64,000 nucleotides of DNA from a virus (taxonomy: Duplodnaviria; Caudoviricetes), in the IMG/VR virus record IMGVR_UViG_3300021399_000132, positions 1 to 64,000 of that record, one strand, 5' to 3'. Both the position numbers and the translations under genes were made by a program. Numbering within the stretch: position 1 is the stretch's first letter; every line of letters begins with the position of its first letter. Of this stretch, positions 55,431 to 64,000 are shown one piece after another. Below the pieces are notes generated by a model. That model searched no databases. It was not told the DNA's origin and was given only the letters and a program-made list of their open reading frames with translations.

Positions 55431-58400
55431 ACCCACTGTACTGCTATTCTGAATAGCAGCATTTGCCGCCGCAATAAGGGCGGCCGATTTATCAAATGAT
55501 GTGTTAGTGGCTGCCAATGCGGCACCAGCACGCTCATACGCTTCCATCATTTCGCCAGCCGATACAGCGTACTTCTGACCAATGTCAACAAGGACGTCTG
55601 ATACATGCTCTGCCTGTTCAACATGCATGTTATAACCCTTGATGATTGCGGTCAGACCGGTTGTTGCCTCGTCGGTAGAAACGTTGGCTACATTTGAAAG
55701 GGTGGTCGCATATTCTGCGAGCACCGTCGCATCCGGTAAAGAATAACCGAGTCTTGAGAACACTTCGATAGAGGCTGCGATATCAGTAATACTCTTACCA
55801 AGTTCTGACGCGATTTTTGATGCTGTATCGTAGAACTCTTCAAGCTCTTTATCGGTTGCACCAGTTACGATCTGTAATTGGGCAAAGGAATCTTCAAGCT
55901 CAATGGCAACATTTGCCATCTCCCTAAGAGTCTGCCACGCCTTACGAGCAAGATAGAGCGGAGTGATAAAGCGAGTTAGTTGCTGGGCGAGCTCAGAAAA
56001 CTTACTTGATGTTTTATCTGTGCTATAACCAGCCTCATCTAAAACCTTTCTATACTCATTTAGTGACCCAGTTACTTGGGCAACTTTCTTATCATATTCG
56101 CCTGTCGTATATTCGCCGGAACGTAATTTCTCTTCAGCATCATCAAGTTCAAAACCTAATTTCTGAATCTCTTCATAAGCTTTACGAACCTTGTCACTAC
56201 TATCTTCGGCGGCTTTTTCATACCCAACGCATGCGTCCTCGATATCCTTGTATACCTTAGCAGTCTTTTTAATATGACTCTCATGCTGACCGAATTCTTT
56301 AGTCAAGCCTTTGACTGACATTTCAGAATCACGATAAATAGCCTTCATATTAGCCATTATCGTATTGAATTCTTTTTGTGTCAGATTAAGCCCGTCGAGT
56401 TCTTCCCCCAATGAGCCAAGAAGGGCAAGGTATGCATTTAACCGCTGAACATTTGCATTGTCCATCGATACGCCCGCGGCGCCAGCATTATTAATAAGGC
56501 TAGAAACTCGACCAAATTCTCCAGCAATGGTACCCTGCGCCTGCGTTGTGTTGACCCTTGCGGCCTCGGCTTTTGCTGCCTCCCTAGCTGCTGCGGCTTC
56601 TTCCCTGTTAAGCTGAATAGCGAATCCAAGCTGTTTGGAATAGAGCTGAATCTCAGCGACCGAATTTTCGAGTGCAGAATCGTAATTGGCCTGAGACATA
56701 CCGGCGCGATCGATCTCTTCCTCAAGAAGGCTGAACCAATCACGCATATCTACGAGAGCGCGAAGTGCCTCGTTATCATCGGTCACACCATTACCGATTG
56801 CCTTGTCGATAACGCCTTGTATTTTTAACTGAGCATTCTGTAATTCCAAAGCGGCGGCCTTGGAATTTACCATTTCAACTTCTTGTTCTTTTTGTGCGGC
56901 CGTCTGCTCTTTGAGAATGCTTATTAATAGGCTACTCTTAGACCTGGCATTATCCATGAAGAGATTGTAATCCTTCTGGGCAACGCCGCCGTTCTTGATG
57001 GCATCTTCTAGCATCTCATATGAACCGATCAGGTTTTTAGTCTGAGTCAATTCGCCACTCTTAACACCAGCCTCCAAAGCTATGTTGTATTCATCTTGAG
57101 CTTTACGTTTAGCCTTCGTTACATCTGCCAAACGCCCATCAATTTCAACAAGTTTTTCTTCAGACGCGGCCGCCTCGTCAGCAGTCATCTTGAAGTTTTC
57201 AGCACCTTGAGCTAACTTTGCAGTCCAAGTGACCTCATCTGTTTCCTCATTAACATCTCGTGTAAACTGTACAATACGCTGGAATGCGCCGCCAGTTTCA
57301 TTAAGACCGGAAAGAATAACGGAGGTTACATGTCTACCTTCTTCACCATAATTTCGCCAGTTAACTTTGACGTTGTCGATCTTCCCATCAACAGCATCCA
57401 GGGCGTTGACGATTGATGCAATGTCTTCTTTAGGGACGGCCCTAGTCGCTAATGCGTCTGCAACGTCTCCTTTGAGCCCCTTACTTTTTGTTACATCGAA
57501 AATTGCTTCCTCGAAATCATTTACACTGGATGTTGCAGTCTCGGTGGCCTGAGAAACGTTTTGCATCCTGTCGATAATTTTATCGAGCTCTTGTGTGCTG
57601 TCGCCCTTGAGCGTAAGGTCAACATTATTCTCTTTAAGTATTTCAACAGCTCGTGCAAGATTTTCGACATTTGTAATGGACGCTTTACTTACCTTTAATC
57701 CATTGATTCCAGAGGTGTCAACATTAAAAATCTTTTCAAGTTTATTTGCGTTAATAGCAGTGATATTAGGAAGGTGTGTGGCAAGGTGCTCTAATGATGC
57801 TTTACTGACTTTTAAATTGTTTATGCCATTTACAGGATTTGCTTCGAAAATTTTTTGAACCTTCTCTGGGTCAACCTTCTCAGAAATTGTAGGTAAAAAT
57901 TCTGCCATATTTGACAAAGAAGTTTTACTAACCTTTAGTTCATTCAAGCCCGTTATTTCGAAACGAATAGGCTTACCATTGCCAGCATCCGATATAGTCT
58001 GAAGCTGCTTTACCAAACTAACTAGATTATTAGCCGTGCTGCCGCTCATTGACTCACCACCAATAGTTGCCAGGTTTCTAAATGCCTGCGAAATAGAGGC
58101 GAGTTTATTGCCGTCAACATTAGCGTATTCAGTCATAGCGGTAATTAGCTTTGTTAGTGGTTCATACGCATCCTTCGCCTCATCAGACATTTCGTCAATA
58201 GCTTTATTTAATTCATCAAAAGATTTCTTGACGTCGCCAGAGCCACTCGCTTCCGGCATTACAAAATTACCATCCTGAATGAGGTTAATCTTTTTTAAAA
58301 CCTCGTCTAATGTTGTAGTAATAGTTTTTAATGTGGCGAGCAATGTATTAAAAACATCGCTATCGATAGACCCACCGCCGGAGACATCGTCACGCATCAA

Positions 58401-58793
58401 ACCATATTCTTCTTTAAACCTAACAATGGCTTGCGATGCCGTTAAATAACCTTCTTCTACTTCTCGAAGAGTATCGTCAAAATTGCCAAGATTCCAACCG
58501 TCAGAGCTCAACAATTTCTGGGATTCGAGGAACGCTTCTACTTCATTTCTGGCGTTTGCCATTGTGTTTTCGAAACGAGCCAATCTTTCATTCATCTCAT
58601 CGAATCCAGTCTCTTTTTTTAAGTCTGACAATTCCTCTTTTAAAGATTCGATTTGATCTCTTAAGCCGCCAATTTTATCATTTAAACGATCAGTCTCTTC
58701 GCCTGATGCTTTTAATTCACCTTCCAGTCGAGTGATGTCTTCTTGACCGGAGACTTGTACAATGTTATTAATTACATTTTCAAATTTTGGCAT
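55431..58793 (-). CDS. tape measure protein, exon 1
   Basis: TP901-type TMP core ELEDSFAQLQIVTG...FSRLGY...EAYERAGAAL...IQNSSTVG; spliced product is 2533 aa. Confidence 0.9.
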
Positions 58794-58806
58794 TTATCTT
58801 CACCCC

Positions 58807-59487
58807 CTACAATTTAGCAATCCTTTCATTGACGCGCTGCATAGCTTTATTGTTGTGTTCGTTGGATATGCTGCAAAACCTTTCGAACATTTCTCCTTTT
58901 TCTGCTTCTTCCAGTTTGCGTCTAAAAATATCTAAAGGAGATTCTGATTGAAATGCCGGGCTGTCATACCAACGACCAAACCTATGCTTAAACATAGTTC
59001 CATCGTCGTCCATGACCCATCCAACCGTTCTCCAATAGGGAGTGCCCTCCGCCGGGTGATATCCCCATTTCTTCGGGTTTGTCGTAATCTTGGTAGCTCC
59101 GCCATGAAATCCCATTTCAAATACGACTTTATACAATTCTTTATTATTCCCATGACGATCTGGAGCCATTTTACTCGCATCAATTAGGTCGTCAGCTGTT
59201 TCGTAATCAAGTTGCCCAGTAGATTTATCTATATCTAAATCTGCTAATAAATTATATAAGCTTTCTCTTCGTCTATATCTAACAGGATCATATGCTCCAT
59301 ACCATTCTGCAACGGCGGAATTAAACACATCCCGAACGATTCTTTTTTGTTCTGGAACAAATTCGTCATTGACTTTTGCCATCTCCTTTGACACTTCTTC
59401 ATTCATGATATCTTGAACAGCCTTTACACGCTCAGCTATTCTCTTATTTACGGCGGAGATTACCTTGTTCACTTCTTCACTGCTCAT
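58807..59487 (-). CDS. tail-region hypothetical protein
   Basis: Y.P..Y.R...L motif; precedes TMP. Confidence 0.7.
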   Translation of the reverse strand: MSSEEVNKVISAVNKRIAERVKAVQDIMNEEVSKEMAKVNDEFVPEQKRIVRDVFNSAVAEWYGAYDPVRYRRRESLYNLLADLDIDKSTGQLDYETADDLIDASKMAPDRHGNNKELYKVVFEMGFHGGATKITTNPKKWGYHPAEGTPYWRTVGWVMDDDGTMFKHRFGRWYDSPAFQSESPLDIFRRKLEEAEKGEMFERFCSISNEHNNKAMQRVNERIAKL

Positions 59488-59878
59488 CCATCATACTCCC
59501 GGTTTGTAATATTAACCTGGCGCTTTCCAAAATTGCATCAATCTGAGCAGGATTTGTTCTTTTGTAGACAATTTCAAAAAGGTCTGACGCGTAAATTATG
59601 TAATATAAAGTGTCGATATCGGTTGGCAAATCAACGTAGGCATATGCGTTAATAATATTGACCCTAAAAGAAAAATCTAATAACATGAACGATTTGCTGT
59701 AGTCATCTCCAATACAATCTTGCACGATGGCGGACACGACTCCTGTAAATTCGTCTAGTGTGAGCATACTTTTGACTATTATTTCTGAGGTGTGCCACAA
59801 TGCCTTTTTACATTGCCTGCCGGACACGCCTGCCAATCTTACAACATCATTCGATGACAATTTCTTAATTTGACCCAT
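59477..59878 (-). CDS. tail-region hypothetical protein, similar to the next gene
   Basis: I.VK..L.LDEF...V..IV..C...Y...L.DF..R..II..Y..V.LP.DI..LY pattern shared with 59921..60508. Confidence 0.65.
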   Translation of the reverse strand: MGQIKKLSSNDVVRLAGVSGRQCKKALWHTSEIIVKSMLTLDEFTGVVSAIVQDCIGDDYSKSFMLLDFSFRVNIINAYAYVDLPTDIDTLYYIIYASDLFEIVYKRTNPAQIDAILESARLILQTGSMMDEQ

Positions 59879-59920
59879 AATTTCATCGATGCCAATGCGG
59901 CACCCTCCTTTCTTAATTGA

Positions 59921-60508
59921 TTATCCTCTCTTTTCTACGAGTTTATGATCGCGCTTTTTCCTTTCATCAAGCAACGCAGAAACAATTTTATTTTCATCAA
60001 TATTTGCATTTGACAGTACTTTGATAAAGTCTTCGAATTGTTCTCCATCAACTTCTCCAACCGTCTCATTCAAAACATTCGCCAGACTCTTCATCATTGC
60101 ATAGATGTCTGCCATCTGCTTTTCTGCGGCAGATCTTCTGTCGTACTTAATTAAGTTGATATGTTCGTTGATCGCAGACCACAGAGTGTCGAGCTGGTCA
60201 GGATCAATTACCTCATATACGGCGTCACACAGATTTGTTCCATACAAGATCTTGTATTCAGCCGCAATATCTTCAGGCATTTCGATATTTGTATATCTGC
60301 GGATTAACTCCCGACGACGTTCAAAATCAAGAACGGCAGGGTAGTAATCGCCATTCTCATCAATGCATCCGGCAACCACATCATCGATATATCCCATTGC
60401 ATCTTCAACCGGGAGGAATCTCTTTACCTCAATTGTGTAACCATTCCATTCAAAAGTTCTAACATCGTTTTCAACAATCGATTCATTAATAGCAACTTTT
60501 TCTGCCAT
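59921..60508 (-). CDS. possible tail assembly chaperone
   Basis: AGGAG RBS before ATG 60508; acidic helical protein upstream of TMP. Confidence 0.6.
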   Translation of the reverse strand: MAEKVAINESIVENDVRTFEWNGYTIEVKRFLPVEDAMGYIDDVVAGCIDENGDYYPAVLDFERRRELIRRYTNIEMPEDIAAEYKILYGTNLCDAVYEVIDPDQLDTLWSAINEHINLIKYDRRSAAEKQMADIYAMMKSLANVLNETVGEVDGEQFEDFIKVLSNANIDENKIVSALLDERKKRDHKLVEKRG

Positions 60509-60509
60509 A

Positions 60510-61031
60510 TTATTCTCCTTCTTTTTCCTTAGCTTTCCATGACGGCAACTCTTCATCTGCTGCCGCATATTCGTGCACAACTATATCCAAAACAGTCCTC
60601 GGATTGTCGTGGTCTGTTGCACACTCCAAAGTAATTTTCGCGATGTGTTCAGAGTCGTCATCATCAATCATTCCACTCTGCACAAGCCCATCAAGAATGA
60701 ACTTTGGCACACCGTTGTCGAGATCATGTCTACGATTCGTCTCGTAAAATATCTTCTGCGAAATCTCACATCGCTTTATGCGCAGGTTAGAATAACCTCG
60801 ATCTTCGACAAGCCAACATATAAAATCTTTCCATTTTTGTTTCAGCCCGTTCATCATAGGCCGACGCATAATCATCCATTGATTTATGCTTTCGTGATAC
60901 GGATGCTTGATAGGACGTACCCGAGCTTTGGGATGTAAAGTAAAATATGCTTCGGTATAACGATCCAATAAAGCATTATCAATTACCAACGTAATTTCAT
61001 CTGATATCTCCTTGTCCAAAATTTGTCTCAC
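60510..61031 (-). CDS. RusA-like Holliday junction resolvase
   Basis: RRHDLDNG.PKFILDGLV..G.I.DDD...I. Confidence 0.8.
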   Translation of the reverse strand: MRQILDKEISDEITLVIDNALLDRYTEAYFTLHPKARVRPIKHPYHESINQWMIMRRPMMNGLKQKWKDFICWLVEDRGYSNLRIKRCEISQKIFYETNRRHDLDNGVPKFILDGLVQSGMIDDDDSEHIAKITLECATDHDNPRTVLDIVVHEYAAADEELPSWKAKEKEGE

Positions 61032-61049
61032 TTTCGCTTTTAAGCTAAA

Positions 61050-61087
61050 TAAAGAAAAGAAGGCATCCCATTACGAGATACCTTCTT
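61050..61087 (-). terminator. intrinsic terminator after the five-gene module
   Basis: AAGAAGGTATC...GATGCCTTCTT then TTCTTT on the minus strand. Confidence 0.7.
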
Positions 61088-61167
61088 ACACCCTCAAAAA
61101 TAAAAAATACCAAGATTAAACAAAGTTGTACTTACACATTCTAGGCCGTTACCACCAGATGTTAGAG

Positions 61168-61566
61168 TTATTCAGCCGCGACCTTAGCAATCCAACCGGC
61201 CAGAATGCCACGCTCATATTCTGAGCCAGCATCATCCATCATTCTTTCCAGCCGATCTACGATCCGATCGTTGATGCTATGACGGCTCTCGCCATGGTCA
61301 TAGCGCTCATATCGATTTGAATATCTACGGCCTCTGCCTCTTGCATAATTGCCACGACGATAAGAAGAGTATGATCCACCGCGTTCGGAATATTCATCCT
61401 CATCTTCGTCGACGTCTTCGTTGAATTTGCGAATCTTTTCAAGCAAACAGACAGCTTCTTTCGCGTTCTGAACTTCAGCAGGGGTGAGGTCTCCTTTTTT
61501 GACCATCTTCTCGAGTTCGGTACTGATCGTATCCTCGAGGTTCTCTAAAACTCTTTCGATCTCCAT
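61168..61566 (-). CDS. module gene 5: acidic helices with an R/G/Y/S-rich disordered core
   Basis: YSERGGSYSSYRRGNYARGRGRRYSNRYERYDH. Confidence 0.8.
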   Translation of the reverse strand: MEIERVLENLEDTISTELEKMVKKGDLTPAEVQNAKEAVCLLEKIRKFNEDVDEDEDEYSERGGSYSSYRRGNYARGRGRRYSNRYERYDHGESRHSINDRIVDRLERMMDDAGSEYERGILAGWIAKVAAE

Positions 61567-61574
61567 AATTCACC

Positions 61575-62015
61575 TCACGCCCGCTGAATGACAATATTTG
61601 CATTTGTCATTGCAATCGGAATAGTACTTGTATTTGTAATTGTGACTGTTTCACAGCAGCCTCTCCATACTTCGACGTTTGCCGCACGGCTCACGTTGAA
61701 GAACTCTTCGACAGCTGCCGGAGTTACAATCATCTCTGTAGCAGGTACGTTTGCCCCGTCAAGTGCAATCGCAACCGAAATCGGCCCGACTGTTTCATTT
61801 TCAGGCACTGCGATATTAGCTCCGAAATCAACAAAATAGTTCGCTGTTTTCTTACATCTGCACGCAGTAGGGGAAACATATCCGCTCAGAAGGAAGTTGC
61901 CAGCTCCTTCTCTGTGTCTAACAAAGCCGTATCTGCATGGCTCAACAGTGACATTGAACACAGCAGATGCGCCCGGATTGATTACCTGTCTAGCATCATT
62001 ACTGAATTCAGCCAT
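61575..62015 (-). CDS. module gene 4: Cys-containing beta-sandwich (BclA-CTD-like)
   Basis: PC..G.V.HREG.G.F.L, CRC, FGANIAVP, GCC.TVTI.N; GGAGGTG RBS before ATG 62015. Confidence 0.75.
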   Translation of the reverse strand: MAEFSNDARQVINPGASAVFNVTVEPCRYGFVRHREGAGNFLLSGYVSPTACRCKKTANYFVDFGANIAVPENETVGPISVAIALDGANVPATEMIVTPAAVEEFFNVSRAANVEVWRGCCETVTITNTSTIPIAMTNANIVIQRA

Positions 62016-62029
62016 GTCAGCACCTCCCG

Positions 62030-62815
62030 TTAGGCGCCACAACCACAGCCGTATCCGTACATGTTGTTAGCACAGCAATTAGGGTTCTGAACCATATACG
62101 CAGGAATCGGAGTAGGATTCAGATAGTGCTCAAGTGCAGCTGTCTGAGCGGCATTATCAGCAATGATCTGTGCCATACGGTTGTTGTTAGCCGCTTCAAG
62201 GTTTGCAGCAGCCAGCTGGCTCTGGAGCTCAGCAATCTTTTCGTTCTTGGCATCAATCTTGTCATTGCACATCTGGTCGAGAATTCTCTGAATACCTGCA
62301 TTCTGGTTGGCCAGAACATCACGAACCGCATCAGAAACTGCAGCACGATCTGCACAATTCTCGCTGAGAATTGTAGAGTTTAAGTTAGCTGTAGCTAACC
62401 TATTGTCACAGCAACACTGCGCGAGCTGAGAAGCGAGGCTGCTAATTCCGCCGGAAATAGCTGTCTGTGTTGCAAAGGCCTGCTGCATGTTCGCCATCTG
62501 GCGAGCGTTGTCAGCGACTTCTGCATTTGCGAAACCTGCATTAACTGCAGTTCCAAGGTTGGCAACTGCGGATGATACACCTGTGATTCCGTTCATGACA
62601 GCAGACTGGTCGAAGCCACGCTGTACATCATTCTGAACATATCCGGCGCCACCTCCAAAGCCAGCGCCAAATCCATTTCCACCCCATCCGATGAGAAGAA
62701 GTACGATGAGCCACCAAGCTCCATCGCCGCCGAAACCAAAACCGGAACCGGAATTTCCATACATAGGGGATACGGGCATAATCATACCGCCATTGTTGTC
62801 GTAAGAAAGACTCAT
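62030..62815 (-). CDS. module gene 3: Gly-rich/hydrophobic N-terminus, coiled coil, CCC motif
   Basis: GGDGAWWLIVLLLIGWGGNG, QRGFDQ, AQCCCD, CC..YGYGCGCG; GGAGG RBS before ATG 62815. Confidence 0.8.
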   Translation of the reverse strand: MSLSYDNNGGMIMPVSPMYGNSGSGFGFGGDGAWWLIVLLLIGWGGNGFGAGFGGGAGYVQNDVQRGFDQSAVMNGITGVSSAVANLGTAVNAGFANAEVADNARQMANMQQAFATQTAISGGISSLASQLAQCCCDNRLATANLNSTILSENCADRAAVSDAVRDVLANQNAGIQRILDQMCNDKIDAKNEKIAELQSQLAAANLEAANNNRMAQIIADNAAQTAALEHYLNPTPIPAYMVQNPNCCANNMYGYGCGCGA

Positions 62816-62855
62816 AATAATATTACCTCCAAGGTTAGCCAACCTTTTCTAAACT

Positions 62856-63092
62856 TTAAAAAGGATGTCGCCCAGTCAGGTTGTTTGCAATCTGCATTGC
62901 TTGATTTAACTGTTCCTGAGTGATCTGGGACGACTGCAGCATAGATTGAACTATGCTTTGCGGATTAAAATTCGGTGGTAATATCTTAGCCATTTGCTGT
63001 GCTCGCGCAAGGACATTGTTATACATCCCGGCATTATTCATTTGAGGAGTCGGTATATTTCCCCCAAGTTTTTCAAAAAGGGGGTTAGACAT
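62856..63092 (-). CDS. module gene 2: Q/N/M-rich helical protein
   Basis: MSNPLF..LGG...PQ.IVQ.MLQS.QITQEQLNQA. Confidence 0.8.
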   Translation of the reverse strand: MSNPLFEKLGGNIPTPQMNNAGMYNNVLARAQQMAKILPPNFNPQSIVQSMLQSSQITQEQLNQAMQIANNLTGRHPF

Positions 63093-63579
63093 TCTTATTA
63101 TTTCCTTTCGAAGCGTTCGTCTGGTTGCTTCTGTTTGCCATTTGCTTAATATAATTCATGATCTCATTGAGGTCATCCTTTGTTGCAAAATTACTTGTAT
63201 CAATTGGCGGCGCCGCCTGTGCGGTTTCGCTCTGCATATTAAGATTAAGCGGTTCGTATTTAAATGCCATCAAAGGTTCAGGCCTTCCATCGGGCCCGAC
63301 GACCTTGATATAAAAAATCTGATCCTTAGAGTCCAGAAGAACTGCTCTAGAACCAGGTTCCATTTGATATGCTTCAGCACCAGCCTGACCGGCTACCCAA
63401 ATAATATTCTTATTGTTGACTGCATTTGCATAGCCCTGCATCGGCTGTTGATACTGGCTGTATTGCTGGGACGTACCATACGGTTGCGTCTGATAATAAG
63501 GTATAGTGCCAGCAGACGGGTAAGTCTGCGGCTGCGGTACCGGCTGGTACATCCCATACGGATAATTATAATTTGCCAC
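63085..63579 (-). CDS. module gene 1: Y/Q/P low-complexity N-terminus plus small beta domain
   Basis: GTG start with AGGAGG RBS; IIWV.G.AGA.AY...PG....LLDS...FYIK; FATKDDL. Confidence 0.8.
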   Translation of the reverse strand: MANYNYPYGMYQPVPQPQTYPSAGTIPYYQTQPYGTSQQYSQYQQPMQGYANAVNNKNIIWVAGQAGAEAYQMEPGSRAVLLDSKDQIFYIKVVGPDGRPEPLMAFKYEPLNLNMQSETAQAAPPIDTSNFATKDDLNEIMNYIKQMANRSNQTNASKGNNKNV

Positions 63580-63723
63580 AGTAAACCTCCTTTAAAATAA
63601 AAAAAATAACAACGTTATTAAATTCACTGCACAAAATGATTATTTCAAGCATACGGAAGGGGATGACAAAACCCCGTTAACTCCGTGACAAAACAACAAG
63701 AAGGGGATACCGACCCCTAAAAT

Positions 63724-63879
63724 TTATTTGTCATCTTCCTTATCCTCGGTGTCCTCAGCATCACGAGGTAGATGAATATGACATGAATTCGCCAATGATT
63801 TTAGTTCCCTGCGCTCATTTACAATGACCTCGGGAAAATCGTCAGCCTTATAAAAATAAGATCTGTTATTTCCGCTCAT
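63724..63879 (-). CDS. 51-aa hypothetical protein not in the ORF track
   Basis: MSGNNRSYFYKADDFPEVIVNERRELKSLANSCHIHLPRDAEDTEDKEDDK. Confidence 0.55.
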   Translation of the reverse strand: MSGNNRSYFYKADDFPEVIVNERRELKSLANSCHIHLPRDAEDTEDKEDDK

Positions 63880-63907
63880 ACATTACCCAAAATTATAAGT
63901 CTTTCTT

Positions 63908-64000
63908 TTATGCGTCATCTTCTGAGCCGATCTTGAGCGCACCCCATAATAAGAAAATAAGACCTGTCTGAATTAGACAGAATCCAATAAGTTCTATAAT
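63908..64000 (-). CDS. 5'-partial membrane protein
   Basis: Open from the window edge: IIELIGFCLIQTGLIFLLWGALKIGSEDDA. Confidence 0.55.
   Translation of the reverse strand: MIELIGFCLIQTGLIFLLWGALKIGSEDDA

Noticed and set aside
1-64000. CRISPR array
   Set aside because: No series of equal repeats with unique spacers was seen; only single repeat-like ends at 33497 and about 25459.

Overview
This is a 64 kb segment of a large temperate tailed phage with a long non-contractile tail, SPbeta-like organisation and a Bacillota (Firmicutes) host; no host genes are evident. The left arm (1-33.3 kb, + strand) holds small accessory genes, a candidate lysogeny block (XerD-like recombinase, cysteine desulfurase, MazF/PemK-like RNase, MrpR/YopR-like repressor), a replication operon (ERF, SSB, Fe-S PD-(D/E)XK nuclease, DnaB, primase, DnaE), a nucleotide/protease operon (ThyX-like, dNMP kinase, ClpP-like, PhoH, dUTPase), a cassette-like array of small Cys proteins, and a Tn916-type integrase followed by an apparently intact attP. 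The right arm (33.7-64 kb, - strand) holds a five-gene Cys/Gly/Gln/RGG-rich module, a RusA-like nuclease, tail genes, many tail/head fibre genes (one with a GH16 domain) and holin/endolysin. Best-supported non-obvious results: (1) the tape-measure gene is split by a 282-nt ORF-less group I intron; (2) a full-length MazF fold with no in-frame canonical start codon lies directly upstream of an MrpR-like repressor; (3) a covarying GCTGTTAGC hairpin occurs three times, a CCAAT operator-like box recurs at promoters, and several intergenic regions look like structured RNAs. All family assignments come from motif recognition by eye; no searches or folding programs were run.
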